A DNA stretch of 41,657 nucleotides from positions 3,542,780-3,584,436 of the forward strand of contig CP070706.1 of NCBI GenBank assembly GCA_020350085.1. The letters run 5' to 3'. The translations under genes were made by a program, and so were the position numbers. Source of the DNA: Acidobacteriota bacterium. Its GTDB lineage: Bacteria > Acidobacteriota > Polarisedimenticolia > J045. The notes beneath the pieces are model-generated. The model did not search any database. It was not told where the DNA came from and saw nothing but the letters and a program-made list of their open reading frames with translations. The stretch's first letter is position 1, and every line of letters begins with the position of its first letter. This document shows, piece after piece, positions 8,944 to 17,663 of this stretch.

Positions 8944-11900
8944 TCAGGGTCCTTCCTGGCCGCAGGCGTTGGCGGCATTGACGAGGTAGAAGTAGCTGAC
9001 CTCGTTGGCACCGCTGGCTTCGTCGTCGAACTGAGTCGTCTTCGTGTCGCCGAGGAGCTGGAAGCTTTCCGGCTGCGGCTCTTCGGAACGATACGCGTGA
9101 TACTCGGCGGCATCTGCTGGGGCGCTCCAGCTCAAACGAACGTGCGCCCGATTGACCAGCGAGACCGCCAAGTCCGTCACGGCTCCGGGGATCGGTTGAT
9201 CGTTGGTGTCCGTGACCGGTACGTAGACGCTGTTGTCGTCGGTCAGGCCACCGTTGTTCGGACCGGTGCTGCACGTCTCGTCGGTTTCGGCGCGAACGAG
9301 GTAGTAAACCGGCACGTCGAGCGGCGCCGACTCGTCCACGTGGGAGAGCCCGGCGATGCCCGCAGTGACCAGATTGGCTGCCGATGGCGTGAATCCTGGG
9401 CTCGTGTCGCGGTACAGCGCAAAGCTCCCACTCGCCCCGGAACCCCAGGAGAAAGTCTCATTCCACGAAACCGTCACCCCGGTCTCGCCGCACGCGTCGT
9501 TGTCGCGCGCCGAGACGACGCCGGCGAAGGTCGGCGTCTCGAGGCAGCCGCCGCACGCCGCGTAGTCAGGCAAGCTGCCGTCCTTCAAGATGAGATCGTC
9601 GATATTCCAGCCGGAGTACTGCACGGACCCATCAGCCTGCTGCTGGAACTGCAGCCGCACGACCGGTTGACCATCGACCAAGCCGGCCAGATCAGCCGAC
9701 TCCTGAATGAAGCTCGAGTTGCTGATCGTCCCCTCGCTGCGAAACAGCGGGCGACCCGGCCCGGCAAACAGCCACAGCGAGGCCTCGTCGCTGCTGTGCG
9801 TGTTCAGGCGGCGGTAGTAGATCAGCTTGGTGTTGGTCCAGCTCGTTGCATCGAAGTCGGGAGTCGTCGCCCGCTGGGTCGTGTTCGGCTCGTAATCCCC
9901 GCCGAAGCTGCCCTGACCGCTCAGATCGTGGCCGAGCACGTGCTGGTTGTTGTAGGCCTCGAGCGGATCGGACAAGCCCGTCGAACCACCCAACCCTTGC
10001 GGCACGCCGACCTCCCACTCGCCCTCGAGGGTCCACGACCCAGCGCCGTTTTCGAAGTTATCGCGCCAGTACAGCCCGGGAATGTCCCACGTGAAGGCTC
10101 CGAGCGGACTTCCACCGAGATCGGCCACCGCGCTGTTGCCGTGCTGGTCCGTGCTGCGAGCCCGCACGAACAGCTCGCTGCACATCTCGAGTTGATTGAC
10201 CAGCACAGAGTGGTCCGTCACGAGCCCACTGCTCGAAATCGTTTCTCCCAACGCCGGCGTCGTCCCCCACTCGAGAACCGTGTCCGCCGGCTCCTGAGTC
10301 TTCCACGTCACCGTCAGCCGTGCGTCGGTGATCGCCGTCGTGCCCAGCTCGCTGATCACCGGTCCCGCGCAGTCGGCTGCCGCCGTGGCGAACGAGACGC
10401 GCGGAGTGCCGGTCCCGTCATCTTCGTCGCGATAAGTGACGGTGATCGTGTCACCGTCGGCCGTCTGCAACGTGCCGTCGGGCGCGGGCACACCGGCGCT
10501 GGTCGTGATCGCCCCCGTGAATGTGGCGCTGTTCACGTCGGTCTCGGTCGCGACGATCGGCTCCGGATCCGGCTCCGACGAGCTGCTGACCCACAGCGTG
10601 ACGCTGTCGAGCGCTTCGGGATCCAGATTCAGGTCGAGATCCACCACGCGGAAGGTGACGCTGTCGGTGCAGGAGTAGACGGGCTCGTCGATGGTCACCT
10701 GCCCCGCGTGGCACGGCTGCAGACCGTCACCGAAATCGCCGAGTGTCTCGAAGTGATAGTACGACCCGCCGTTGTCGTCGATGGCCGCGTTGCCGAGCAC
10801 GTCGGCGGAGTGGACCTCGTAGTAGTAAATCGTGCACTCGGTGAGGCCCGTCAGCGTGATCGCGTGGTCGATCGTGCGTCCGAAACCGACTTCGCTCTGT
10901 GTGGGGGGGATCGTCTCGCCCCACACGACTTCGCTGTCCGCGAGCTCGTCGGTCGTCCACACGATCGTCCCGCTCACGTCGCTGAGGTCCCGTTCACCAA
11001 CGCCGGTGATCAGCGGCTTTTGGCAGTCCGCGCTGGCTTGGTCTTGCTGGATGACGTTGAGGCCACCCTCTCCGTCGTCGGCATCGATGTACTCCACGAT
11101 GATCGCGTCGTCATGAACCACGGAAACGAGCCCGTCGCCAGCTGCCGGCGGCGTGCCCGTGGTGTAGATCTCGCCGGCGTACTTACCGGAGCCCGGCTTG
11201 GTCTCGGTGAGCGTGACGGTCTCGCGCTCGGTCTCGCTGTCCGACCAGACCTCGACCGTCATCGAGCCGGCTCCCACGTTGCCATCGATGACGCGGATGC
11301 CGACGCGGTGATCACAGCTGTAAAAATCCCTATCGAGCCGGACGCGCCCCGCCGAGGGCTGGATCAGCTGACTCGTGCCGCCGGTCACCACGAGCGCGAA
11401 GGTGGCGTCGTCATCGGGGGTGTCGAGGTAGGCGTCCTGGTTGATCTCGGCCGCTTCGATCTCCACCTTCCAAATGCCGGCCTCCGGGTTGGAGATGAAG
11501 ACGTTTTCGACCGTATCGAGGCCGTTCGGCTCCCCTCCCGGCGTCGAGTATTTGCCCTCGAGCAGCCCATGATTGCCGTGATAGATGGTCCCCGAGGGCG
11601 AGGTCACCTTCAGATTCAGGTCGTTGATGCGGTGCATGGCAGCAGATGTGGTTCCCGGTGGATCGGGGTAGACCATCGTCACCTTGAGCTCGGACTCGCC
11701 GGCGGCGACATCCACGTCGTAGATCGAGAAGTCGCTCAGCTCGAGGATCACCTCCTCGTCGATGATGAAGCTGCTCGCCGCGCGTTCTTTGGCCAGTCGC
11801 GCGCTCGGCCGGCCCCAGCCTTGGTGCACGCGCGTGAGATCGTCGCTCTCGCCGACGAAATCGTACTGCTGGGCATTGTTGATCAGCAGCGCCTTGATCG

Positions 11901-13620
11901 TCGAAAAATGCGGCTGCTTCTCGAAGACCGTCGTGCCCTCGGGATCGGTCTCCCAGACGTTGTCGGCCCACATCTGCACCATCAGGCCCAAAACGCCGGC
12001 GGACTCGGGGGTGGCGGCAGATGTCCCGCCGAAGCTGGACGTGTAGCTGTCGCCGGTCGTCGTGGTATAGATGTTGTCGTACCAGTAGTTGATGTCCGGC
12101 TTGATGCGCCCGTCTTCGGCCGGCCCGATCGACGCGCCAAAGTCCCACTCGTCGTCAGATGTGGTCAGTGTGTCCTTGTGCTTGATTCCGCCAACGCTGA
12201 TGATGTTCTTGGCCCAAGCCTGAGGGCGGCTATCCTGGTTGCCAGCATTGGACTGCGATTGCGTGATGGCAATATCGAGACGCCAGATGATGTCGTCCAT
12301 CTCGTGTGAAACGCTGGTATACGAGAGCGTCCGGGCCGCACCCCAAGAGTTCGTCTGAAAAGACGCGAAGTAGGGATCGTTCTTCAGCTCCTCTGTGTGT
12401 GCGAAGCGATCGCCGAGAAAATCGTAATCCGCGAAAATTCCTTGCGCTTCGGGACAGGGCATGTGTCCCGTCCCCTTCGCCTCCCCGTCGCCGTCGCGGT
12501 TGCCGTTACCGAACACGATGCCGAACGTGCTCGTTCCGTGGCTCGACGTGCTGTTGCCACCGTGAAGAATCAGACCGTCGAAATCCTTGTGCGTCTCCTC
12601 GATGCCGGAGTCGAGCACCTCGCCGCGAACGCCCTGCCCGCAGTAGCCGAAATTGTCCTCGAGCCAGTTCGTGCCGGCGTCCTCACGGACGAGGTCCATG
12701 TCGTTTTCGGGAGCGGACCACAGGTCGATCCAAAGAACGTCGTCGTGACCGGCGATGACCCGCAGCTGCTCACGCGTGACGTTGAGCTCGATGATGTGCC
12801 CATTGGGCCAGTTCTCGACGATCTCCGCGCCGAGGTCTTTGGCCGCCGCCGCGATGCGCTCTTTGCCGGTCTCGCCCCACTCGAGCGCGACGACACGAAC
12901 GCGCTGCGTGGGCGCGGAGAGAAGCTGCTGCTCGTCGAGCCACGCTCGCAGCGGCGGACCGATCCTGTAGCCCGCGTGGTACGGCTCGATCCTCTCAACG
13001 AAGTCGAGCGCCCTGACGAGTGACACCCGCGATGGATCCAAGCGCACGATGTGGGCGTGGTGAGGAACGAACTGAAACAGCTCCGCCCCGAGCTCCACGA
13101 GAGCCGCCCGCCACTCGGGTAGTCCGATCGTGCGGAACTGCACCAGCCACAGCTTGCCGGCTCGCGGCAGTGCCAAGCCCAGCGCCGGGGTGGGCATCGA
13201 CTCGCCCGGAAGAACCTCTGCGTCTCGCAGTTCGAGGGCCCGCTCGAGCGGCCTCGCTTCGGACCACGATGCGCCGCCGTCGCGACTGAAGGCAAACCAG
13301 CGCCGCGCTCGTGCTCCGCTGCCGAGGTCTCCCGCCAGCTCGTCCCATGTTGCGAAGGACGCCTGCGCCGACGGGTCGCGGCCGGTCGGCCCCCTCTGGA
13401 CGAGGGCCGTCGTCTCGCGCAGCAGCACGCGCGCGAGTCCTGCGTGGGGCACGGTGAGCTCGACCCAGACCTTCGTGGCCCGCTCGCCGGTCTCGATCTC
13501 GAGGGTGGGCGGGCCGAATGCGGCGCCGGTTCCCGCGCTGGCCAGTACCACGGGGCCGAACAAAAGCGAGGTCAGGACAAACAAAGCGAGTCGCATCGGG
13601 CGTAGCTGGCGGCAGAGCAT
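8944..13620 (-). CDS. secreted multidomain subtilisin-family (S8) serine protease
   Basis: Catalytic triad contexts VLDSGI, SSHGTSTFGIV and GGTSAATPESAG. Signal MRLALFVLTSLLFGPVVLASA, with ATG at 13618-13620 or 13594-13596. There is an I9-like propeptide and a P-domain-like segment after the catalytic domain. Two copies of a [beta-sandwich ending xVxYxDxDDG + FN3-like] unit follow, then a jelly-roll-like domain and C-terminal FN3-like modules. Confidence 0.9.
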   Translation of the reverse strand: MLCRQLRPMRLALFVLTSLLFGPVVLASAGTGAAFGPPTLEIETGERATKVWVELTVPHAGLARVLLRETTALVQRGPTGRDPSAQASFATWDELAGDLGSGARARRWFAFSRDGGASWSEARPLERALELRDAEVLPGESMPTPALGLALPRAGKLWLVQFRTIGLPEWRAALVELGAELFQFVPHHAHIVRLDPSRVSLVRALDFVERIEPYHAGYRIGPPLRAWLDEQQLLSAPTQRVRVVALEWGETGKERIAAAAKDLGAEIVENWPNGHIIELNVTREQLRVIAGHDDVLWIDLWSAPENDMDLVREDAGTNWLEDNFGYCGQGVRGEVLDSGIEETHKDFDGLILHGGNSTSSHGTSTFGIVFGNGNRDGDGEAKGTGHMPCPEAQGIFADYDFLGDRFAHTEELKNDPYFASFQTNSWGAARTLSYTSVSHEMDDIIWRLDIAITQSQSNAGNQDSRPQAWAKNIISVGGIKHKDTLTTSDDEWDFGASIGPAEDGRIKPDINYWYDNIYTTTTGDSYTSSFGGTSAATPESAGVLGLMVQMWADNVWETDPEGTTVFEKQPHFSTIKALLINNAQQYDFVGESDDLTRVHQGWGRPSARLAKERAASSFIIDEEVILELSDFSIYDVDVAAGESELKVTMVYPDPPGTTSAAMHRINDLNLKVTSPSGTIYHGNHGLLEGKYSTPGGEPNGLDTVENVFISNPEAGIWKVEIEAAEINQDAYLDTPDDDATFALVVTGGTSQLIQPSAGRVRLDRDFYSCDHRVGIRVIDGNVGAGSMTVEVWSDSETERETVTLTETKPGSGKYAGEIYTTGTPPAAGDGLVSVVHDDAIIVEYIDADDGEGGLNVIQQDQASADCQKPLITGVGERDLSDVSGTIVWTTDELADSEVVWGETIPPTQSEVGFGRTIDHAITLTGLTECTIYYYEVHSADVLGNAAIDDNGGSYYHFETLGDFGDGLQPCHAGQVTIDEPVYSCTDSVTFRVVDLDLNLDPEALDSVTLWVSSSSEPDPEPIVATETDVNSATFTGAITTSAGVPAPDGTLQTADGDTITVTYRDEDDGTGTPRVSFATAAADCAGPVISELGTTAITDARLTVTWKTQEPADTVLEWGTTPALGETISSSGLVTDHSVLVNQLEMCSELFVRARSTDQHGNSAVADLGGSPLGAFTWDIPGLYWRDNFENGAGSWTLEGEWEVGVPQGLGGSTGLSDPLEAYNNQHVLGHDLSGQGSFGGDYEPNTTQRATTPDFDATSWTNTKLIYYRRLNTHSSDEASLWLFAGPGRPLFRSEGTISNSSFIQESADLAGLVDGQPVVRLQFQQQADGSVQYSGWNIDDLILKDGSLPDYAACGGCLETPTFAGVVSARDNDACGETGVTVSWNETFSWGSGASGSFALYRDTSPGFTPSAANLVTAGIAGLSHVDESAPLDVPVYYLVRAETDETCSTGPNNGGLTDDNSVYVPVTDTNDQPIPGAVTDLAVSLVNRAHVRLSWSAPADAAEYHAYRSEEPQPESFQLLGDTKTTQFDDEASGANEVSYFYLVNAANACGQEGP

Positions 13621-13779
13621 AAGTCCATCCTCTCGTGAGCACAACGACCGGTTTTCCCCGCTCCTGCGTGCAGGGGCTCGCCGAACATATACGACGCTCG
13701 GCGCCACATCATAAGGGAATCGTCGACCTCGCCCGGCAACACCTTCGCCAAGCGTGCGTTTTCGCCCGATGAGAGCCAA

Positions 13780-14774
13780 TCAGGTGATCGATGCGAGCTC
13801 GGGCGGCACCGGCTTGCAGGGGCCGGTCTCTTGCCACTGGGTGACGTTGTTGCGACCTGCCTGTTTCGCCGTATAGAGCGCTGCGTCCGCGCGCTCGATC
13901 AACGCCGAGGCGCTCGTCGCGTCATCCGGGAAGCTGGCCACGCCGATACTGACGGTGATCGTGCCGAGCGGCTGTGAGGCTTGCCCCGCAAACTCGTGCT
14001 GCTCGACCGCCGCTCGTACTTTCTCGGCGCAAGCAAGGGCGCCGGCTCTTTCCACCTCCGGAATGAGAATGACGAACTCTTCTCCACCGTAGCGAGCCAC
14101 GAGCGAGCACTTGCGCGACTCGCTGCGGAGTATCTCAGCGAGACCACGCAGCACGTCGTCTCCTGCGAGATGTCCGTGAGTGTCGTTGTACTGCTTGAAG
14201 TGGTCCACGTCGATGAACAGCACCGAGAACGGATGGCCGTGCCGCTCCGATCGTGCCAGCTCAGTGTGAAGCACGTCCCAGAAGTGACGTTGATTGTGGG
14301 GGTTCGTCAGCCCGTTTCGATTGACGATCGCCGTCAGAGAGCGATTGACTTCCTCCAGCTTCTCGGCGTTCTTCCGCATCTTGTCGATGAGTTCGCGGCT
14401 CTGTCCCTGAAACTCGATTCTCTCTCGGGCGCGATCGGTGACATCGACGATCTCCTGGATATCGTCGAACGGTTTGACGAGGTAATCCTGGGCGCCACTC
14501 GCAGCGCTTCTTGCGCCGTCGAGATCGACGCGTAGCTGGTCATCAGGACCACGAGCGTGTCGGGCCAATTCGCGCGAACTCGCTCCAGTAGATCGAGCCC
14601 GCTCGTCCCGCCCATCACGATGTCCGTGATGACGAGGGCGAAGCGCTGATTGTCGAACAGCGCGAGCGCCTCCTCGCCGCTGGGGGCGACGGTCACGTCG
14701 TAGCCTTCTGCTTCGAGAACCTCGGAAATGACGGTTCGGAGCGTTGGCTCGTCGTCGACGACGAGGACGCGCAC
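13780..14774 (-). pseudogene. response-regulator receiver + GGDEF diguanylate cyclase, frame broken by an apparent 1-nt deletion
   Basis: ORF 14334..14774 encodes a REC domain (MRVLVVDDEP...ALVITDIVMGG...LVVLMTSYASISTAQEALR) and then drifts into nonsense. ORF 13780..14568, in another frame, resumes with SGAQDYLVKPF (the end of REC), a coiled linker and a GGDEF domain (ARYGGEEF). The frames switch at about 14493-14503 (mRNA CTGCGAGTGGC). Confidence 0.8.
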
Positions 14775-15089
14775 GGCTGTCGCGTCCTTCCCCCGGTCAG
14801 CCCGCGACGGCGACGAACGGCGTGCGTGACCGACCCCGCTCGCCGAGGGCTAGCTCGGGTCCCTCATGAAACCCTCTCGTTACCGGAGGGTGACCGTTCC
14901 GTCGCCAGCACGTCGGCGTTGGCCTCGGTCGGTCTCAACGGCCGGAGGAGCCCCCGCTTGACTGTCCCCTCTGGAACCGATCGGGCTCTCTGGTACCAGC
15001 CTCTTCCGTTGATCTCCTTCGAAGCTGTTGTGGAATTTTCGTCAGTGTCCCAGGCCGTTCATCTCACTAAACTCTGGGCAAGAGGGCGT

Positions 15090-15116
15090 GCCGAGGGCTT
15101 CATCAATGATCCGGAC
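15090..15116. repeat. copy A of an imperfect direct repeat flanking exbD
   Basis: GCCGAGGGCTTCATCAATGATCCGGAC. It matches copy B at 23 of 27 aligned columns (one gap) and is locally AT-rich. Confidence 0.6.
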
Positions 15117-15119
15117 TGA

Positions 15120-15614
15120 TCACAGCTCGGACGGATCGAACGGGTTGTGGCCGCAGAGCGCGACGTAGGTCTCGATCTCGGATCGCGTCGGGATGGACAC
15201 GTTCAGCGGTCGGGCCAGCCCGAGTCCACCCTGCTCGCGCGGGAGGGGCGCACGCCGTAACTGGTCGATCACGGCGATGAATGAGGTATACGGGGCGCGC
15301 TTGCGGGTGTAGACGACGATCGGCTGGTCCGCCCGACCGGCGAGCGCCGGGCCGAGAGCCGCCAGCAGATCCTCGACGGCGAGCGGGAACCCATCCAGTT
15401 CGACGGAGCCGTCCTCGAGGATCGTGATCAACCGCGCCGGGTCCACCGGAGGCTGTGTCGGCTGATGGAGCGGCGGCAACTCGAGGTCCAGCCCCCTCGT
15501 TGCAGAGAATACGGCCGTGAGCATGAAGAAGATGATCAAAAGAAAGGCGATGTCCGCCATCGAAGCGGTACTGATCTGAGCGCCGATCTTCGGCCTGCTA
15601 AGGCAAAGTCGCAT
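15120..15614 (-). CDS. exbD: ExbD/TolR family biopolymer transport protein
   Basis: 164 aa. The N-terminal anchor SMADIAFLLIIFFMLTAVF and the periplasmic domain (VELDGFPLAVEDL...IVVYTRKRAPYTSFIAVIDQL) are typical. No exbB or tonB is adjacent. Confidence 0.85.
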   Translation of the reverse strand: MRLCLSRPKIGAQISTASMADIAFLLIIFFMLTAVFSATRGLDLELPPLHQPTQPPVDPARLITILEDGSVELDGFPLAVEDLLAALGPALAGRADQPIVVYTRKRAPYTSFIAVIDQLRRAPLPREQGGLGLARPLNVSIPTRSEIETYVALCGHNPFDPSEL

Positions 15615-15651
15615 CGTGGCTCCCTAACCCCGATTCTTCCTGAACCCTTCC

Positions 15652-15677
15652 GCCGAAGGTTCATGAATGATCCGGGC
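15652..15677. repeat. copy B of an imperfect direct repeat flanking exbD
   Basis: GCCGAAGGTTCATGAATGATCCGGGC. It overlaps a hairpin (GAACCCTTC-CGCC-GAAGGTTC, about 15642-15662) that lies about 25 nt upstream of the exbD SD. Confidence 0.6.
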
Positions 15678-15825
15678 TAACCGCGACTGTGATCTGAGCA
15701 TGCTCGTGCTCGAGGGCTCGGACAAGACACCGCGCCCTCGTCCGGCGGCGAAGGCACCGCAGCGGGCCCTGCTGAACGAAAGACGTTTGGAACGGGCGAG
15801 ATCGCCCGGCCCGGTGACGGGGCGG

Positions 15826-16884
15826 TCAATCGTCGATTACACGCGTGTTGGGGTAGAAGCTGCTCCAAGCGAACCAGAAGGCCGGCTGGACGACCAGCTC
15901 ATCGAGCCGCGTGCCCTTCTCGGGCCCTGCGATCGCGAGTCCGCGGGCGAGATCCCATCTCGAGGATGTCTGCTTGTCGACGATCGCGGACTCCTGATTC
16001 TCGAACACGAGCGTCACGCCGTCCGAGCGGGCGACGTGCGCTCGCACGCCACCGTCGGGAACCCGCGCGACGACCAGTGGCAGCTCACCGATCTCGCCCT
16101 GAACGAAGCCTCCCGCCGACAATCTCCCGTCTGCCACGGCGACAGCATGGGGCCCGCGGGTGATTCCGTGGACGAGCGCTTTGGCCGGCATGCGCTGTCG
16201 CAACCACTCCGTGCGAAACATCCCTGTCCGCTGCGGATCTTCGAAGTAGCTCTCGTAGCGCGAGTTGGTGATCTCGCGATCCTTGACCAGCAGCTTCGTG
16301 TCCGGATGCTGCTTCACACATCGCTTCCAGCGCGTTTGCATCACAGGAATCATCATCAGGCGAGTGCCCTTCCACGCGCCGTGGAGCGCTTCGCCGGTAA
16401 TGTGGCTCCACAAGGATCCGGTCTGTCGATCCTGCATGATGAGGCTGTTACGCCACAGTTTGCCCGAGACGATGAAATCGAGCGTTCTGCCGTCGACTGT
16501 GCGAACGTGAACCACGCCCGCGTGGCACAGCGGTCACCAGCTGGCCGCAATGGGTGTATCGCCGATCACGTCGTTCACGGTCTCGTGCGCATCGAGCTGC
16601 CACAGCGAATACGCCTTCGCCTCGCCATGGTGCACGATTCCCAGCACCGGTTCCTCAGCACGCATCTGAGCGTGGGCTGCATCCCCGCTGACGAACCAGG
16701 GCTCGAGGATCGCCGGAATCGCCCCAGCTGGCAGAACCGTGTACATCGGCGCGCCATCGAACGTGCCGAACACCTCCGGCTCCGGGCGCTGCGCGAGCGC
16801 GGGCGCAGCGAACCCGGCAAGCAGGAAGGCCACGCCAACAACCCACCGGCCAACGAGTTGAATTCGATCCGTTCGGCTCATCAT
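15826..16884 (-). CDS. DUF3179 domain protein with one in-frame TGA at 16534-16536 (candidate selenocysteine; otherwise a nonsense pseudogene)
   Basis: Track ORFs 16534..16899 and 15826..16515 share one frame. Read-through gives ...VNDVIGDTPIAASW-TGA-PLCHAGVVHVRTVDGRTLDFIVSGKLWRNSLIMQDRQTGSLWSH..., a continuous DUF3179-like sequence. The N-terminal signal is VVGVAFLLAGFAAPALA. The ATG at 16882-16884 is preceded by GGAG and overlaps the upstream stop. Confidence 0.65.
16497..16530 (-). promoter_or_regulatory. candidate bacterial SECIS-like hairpin directly downstream of the in-frame UGA
   Basis: In the mRNA, CUGUGC (16525-16530) pairs with GCACAG (16497-16502). Inside this, CCACG-CGGG-CGUGG (16512-16525) forms a stem with a G-rich apical loop about 14-17 nt after the UGA. 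Confidence 0.35.
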
Positions 16885-17543
16885 CTTCTCCGTTTGCACT
16901 GCGCACGACCGAACGGCTCGGGGTGAGCCTCGATGAGCAAGTCGAGGTCCGCTTCGTCGTCCACGTCACGCAGCGCGGGGAGCAGGGCGATGCGTGCACC
17001 AGCATCCGAGAGTCGCTCGCGCGTGACCTGCAGCGTGCGCTCGGAGCTCCACGGAATGCGCTCAAACGCGCTCGGGAACGGCCGTGCGAGCCCGATGAGG
17101 TAGTAGCCGCCGTCGAGAGCCGGCCCGAGCACGGCGTCGGCGCGCATCAGCTCGTCGAACGCCTCGCCGAGAAGTACGGGCGTCACGTCGACGCAGTCCG
17201 TTCCGATGGCCACCACGCGCCGTGCACCCTCGTCGAAGGCTTCCTCGAAGGCCCCCGACAGTCGCTCGCCGAGATCCCCGGCTCGCTGCGCGACGGCTTC
17301 GAACCGTGGGCCGAGCCACGCGGAGACCTCTTCGATCGCCCCGGGAGGATCGACCACGGCGCGCTGAACCAGCCCCGGCCGCTCGAGCCGGCCCGCCTGT
17401 CGAGCGACCTGTTCGGCGAGCTCACGGTACAGCCGTGCCGCACCGTGTGCGCCGAGCCGAGCGATCAGACGCGTCTTGACCCTTCCCGGCCGCGGTGAGC
17501 GCACGAAGACGAGCAGTAGCTCCGTTCGATCACGATTCGTCAT
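16881..17543 (-). CDS. DUF2064 / TIGR04282-like nucleotidyl- or glycosyl-transferase
   Basis: LLLVFVRSPRPGRVKTRL at the N-terminus, then VVAIGTDCVDV and GPALDGGYYLIGL, all typical of DUF2064. The stop overlaps the DUF3179 start. Confidence 0.8.
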   Translation of the reverse strand: MTNRDRTELLLVFVRSPRPGRVKTRLIARLGAHGAARLYRELAEQVARQAGRLERPGLVQRAVVDPPGAIEEVSAWLGPRFEAVAQRAGDLGERLSGAFEEAFDEGARRVVAIGTDCVDVTPVLLGEAFDELMRADAVLGPALDGGYYLIGLARPFPSAFERIPWSSERTLQVTRERLSDAGARIALLPALRDVDDEADLDLLIEAHPEPFGRAQCKRRR

Positions 17544-17663
17544 CACGCAACAAACGCTCCAGCCCGGAGTCTTCAGGAGCCCTTCGGCTGAAACGCGCGA
17601 GAGTGCACCCGCTGCGGTCTCTTCCGCCGCAAACGTATCGTCCCATCAGGGGGCCGCCACCTC

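Noticed and set aside
8839-12309. 1156-aa ORF on the + strand
   Set aside because: It lies entirely antisense to the S8 protease gene, which has clear catalytic motifs. Its product is Arg/Ala/Val-rich with no motifs. This is the typical long shadow ORF of GC-rich DNA.
14845-14891. Four 5-6 nt blocks (GAGGG, CCCTC, CCCTC, GAGGG) that could form alternative pairings in the leader of the REC-GGDEF gene, which made me think of a riboswitch or attenuator
   Set aside because: The stems are only 5-6 bp in GC-rich sequence, where such complementarity arises easily by chance. I found no match to any riboswitch consensus I can recall, including c-di-GMP classes.
14826-15119. 97-aa (+) ORF in the exbD / REC-GGDEF intergenic region
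   Set aside because: It has no SD, no recognisable motif and mixed codon bias. The region is more plausibly the promoter and leader of the response-regulator gene.
15090-15677. Interpretation of the exbD-flanking repeat as a Fur box, since ExbD/TonB systems are often iron-regulated
   Set aside because: Only the ATCATT core resembles the GATAATGATAATCATTATC consensus, and the 19-bp palindrome is not present. I kept it as an unexplained repeat rather than a named operator.
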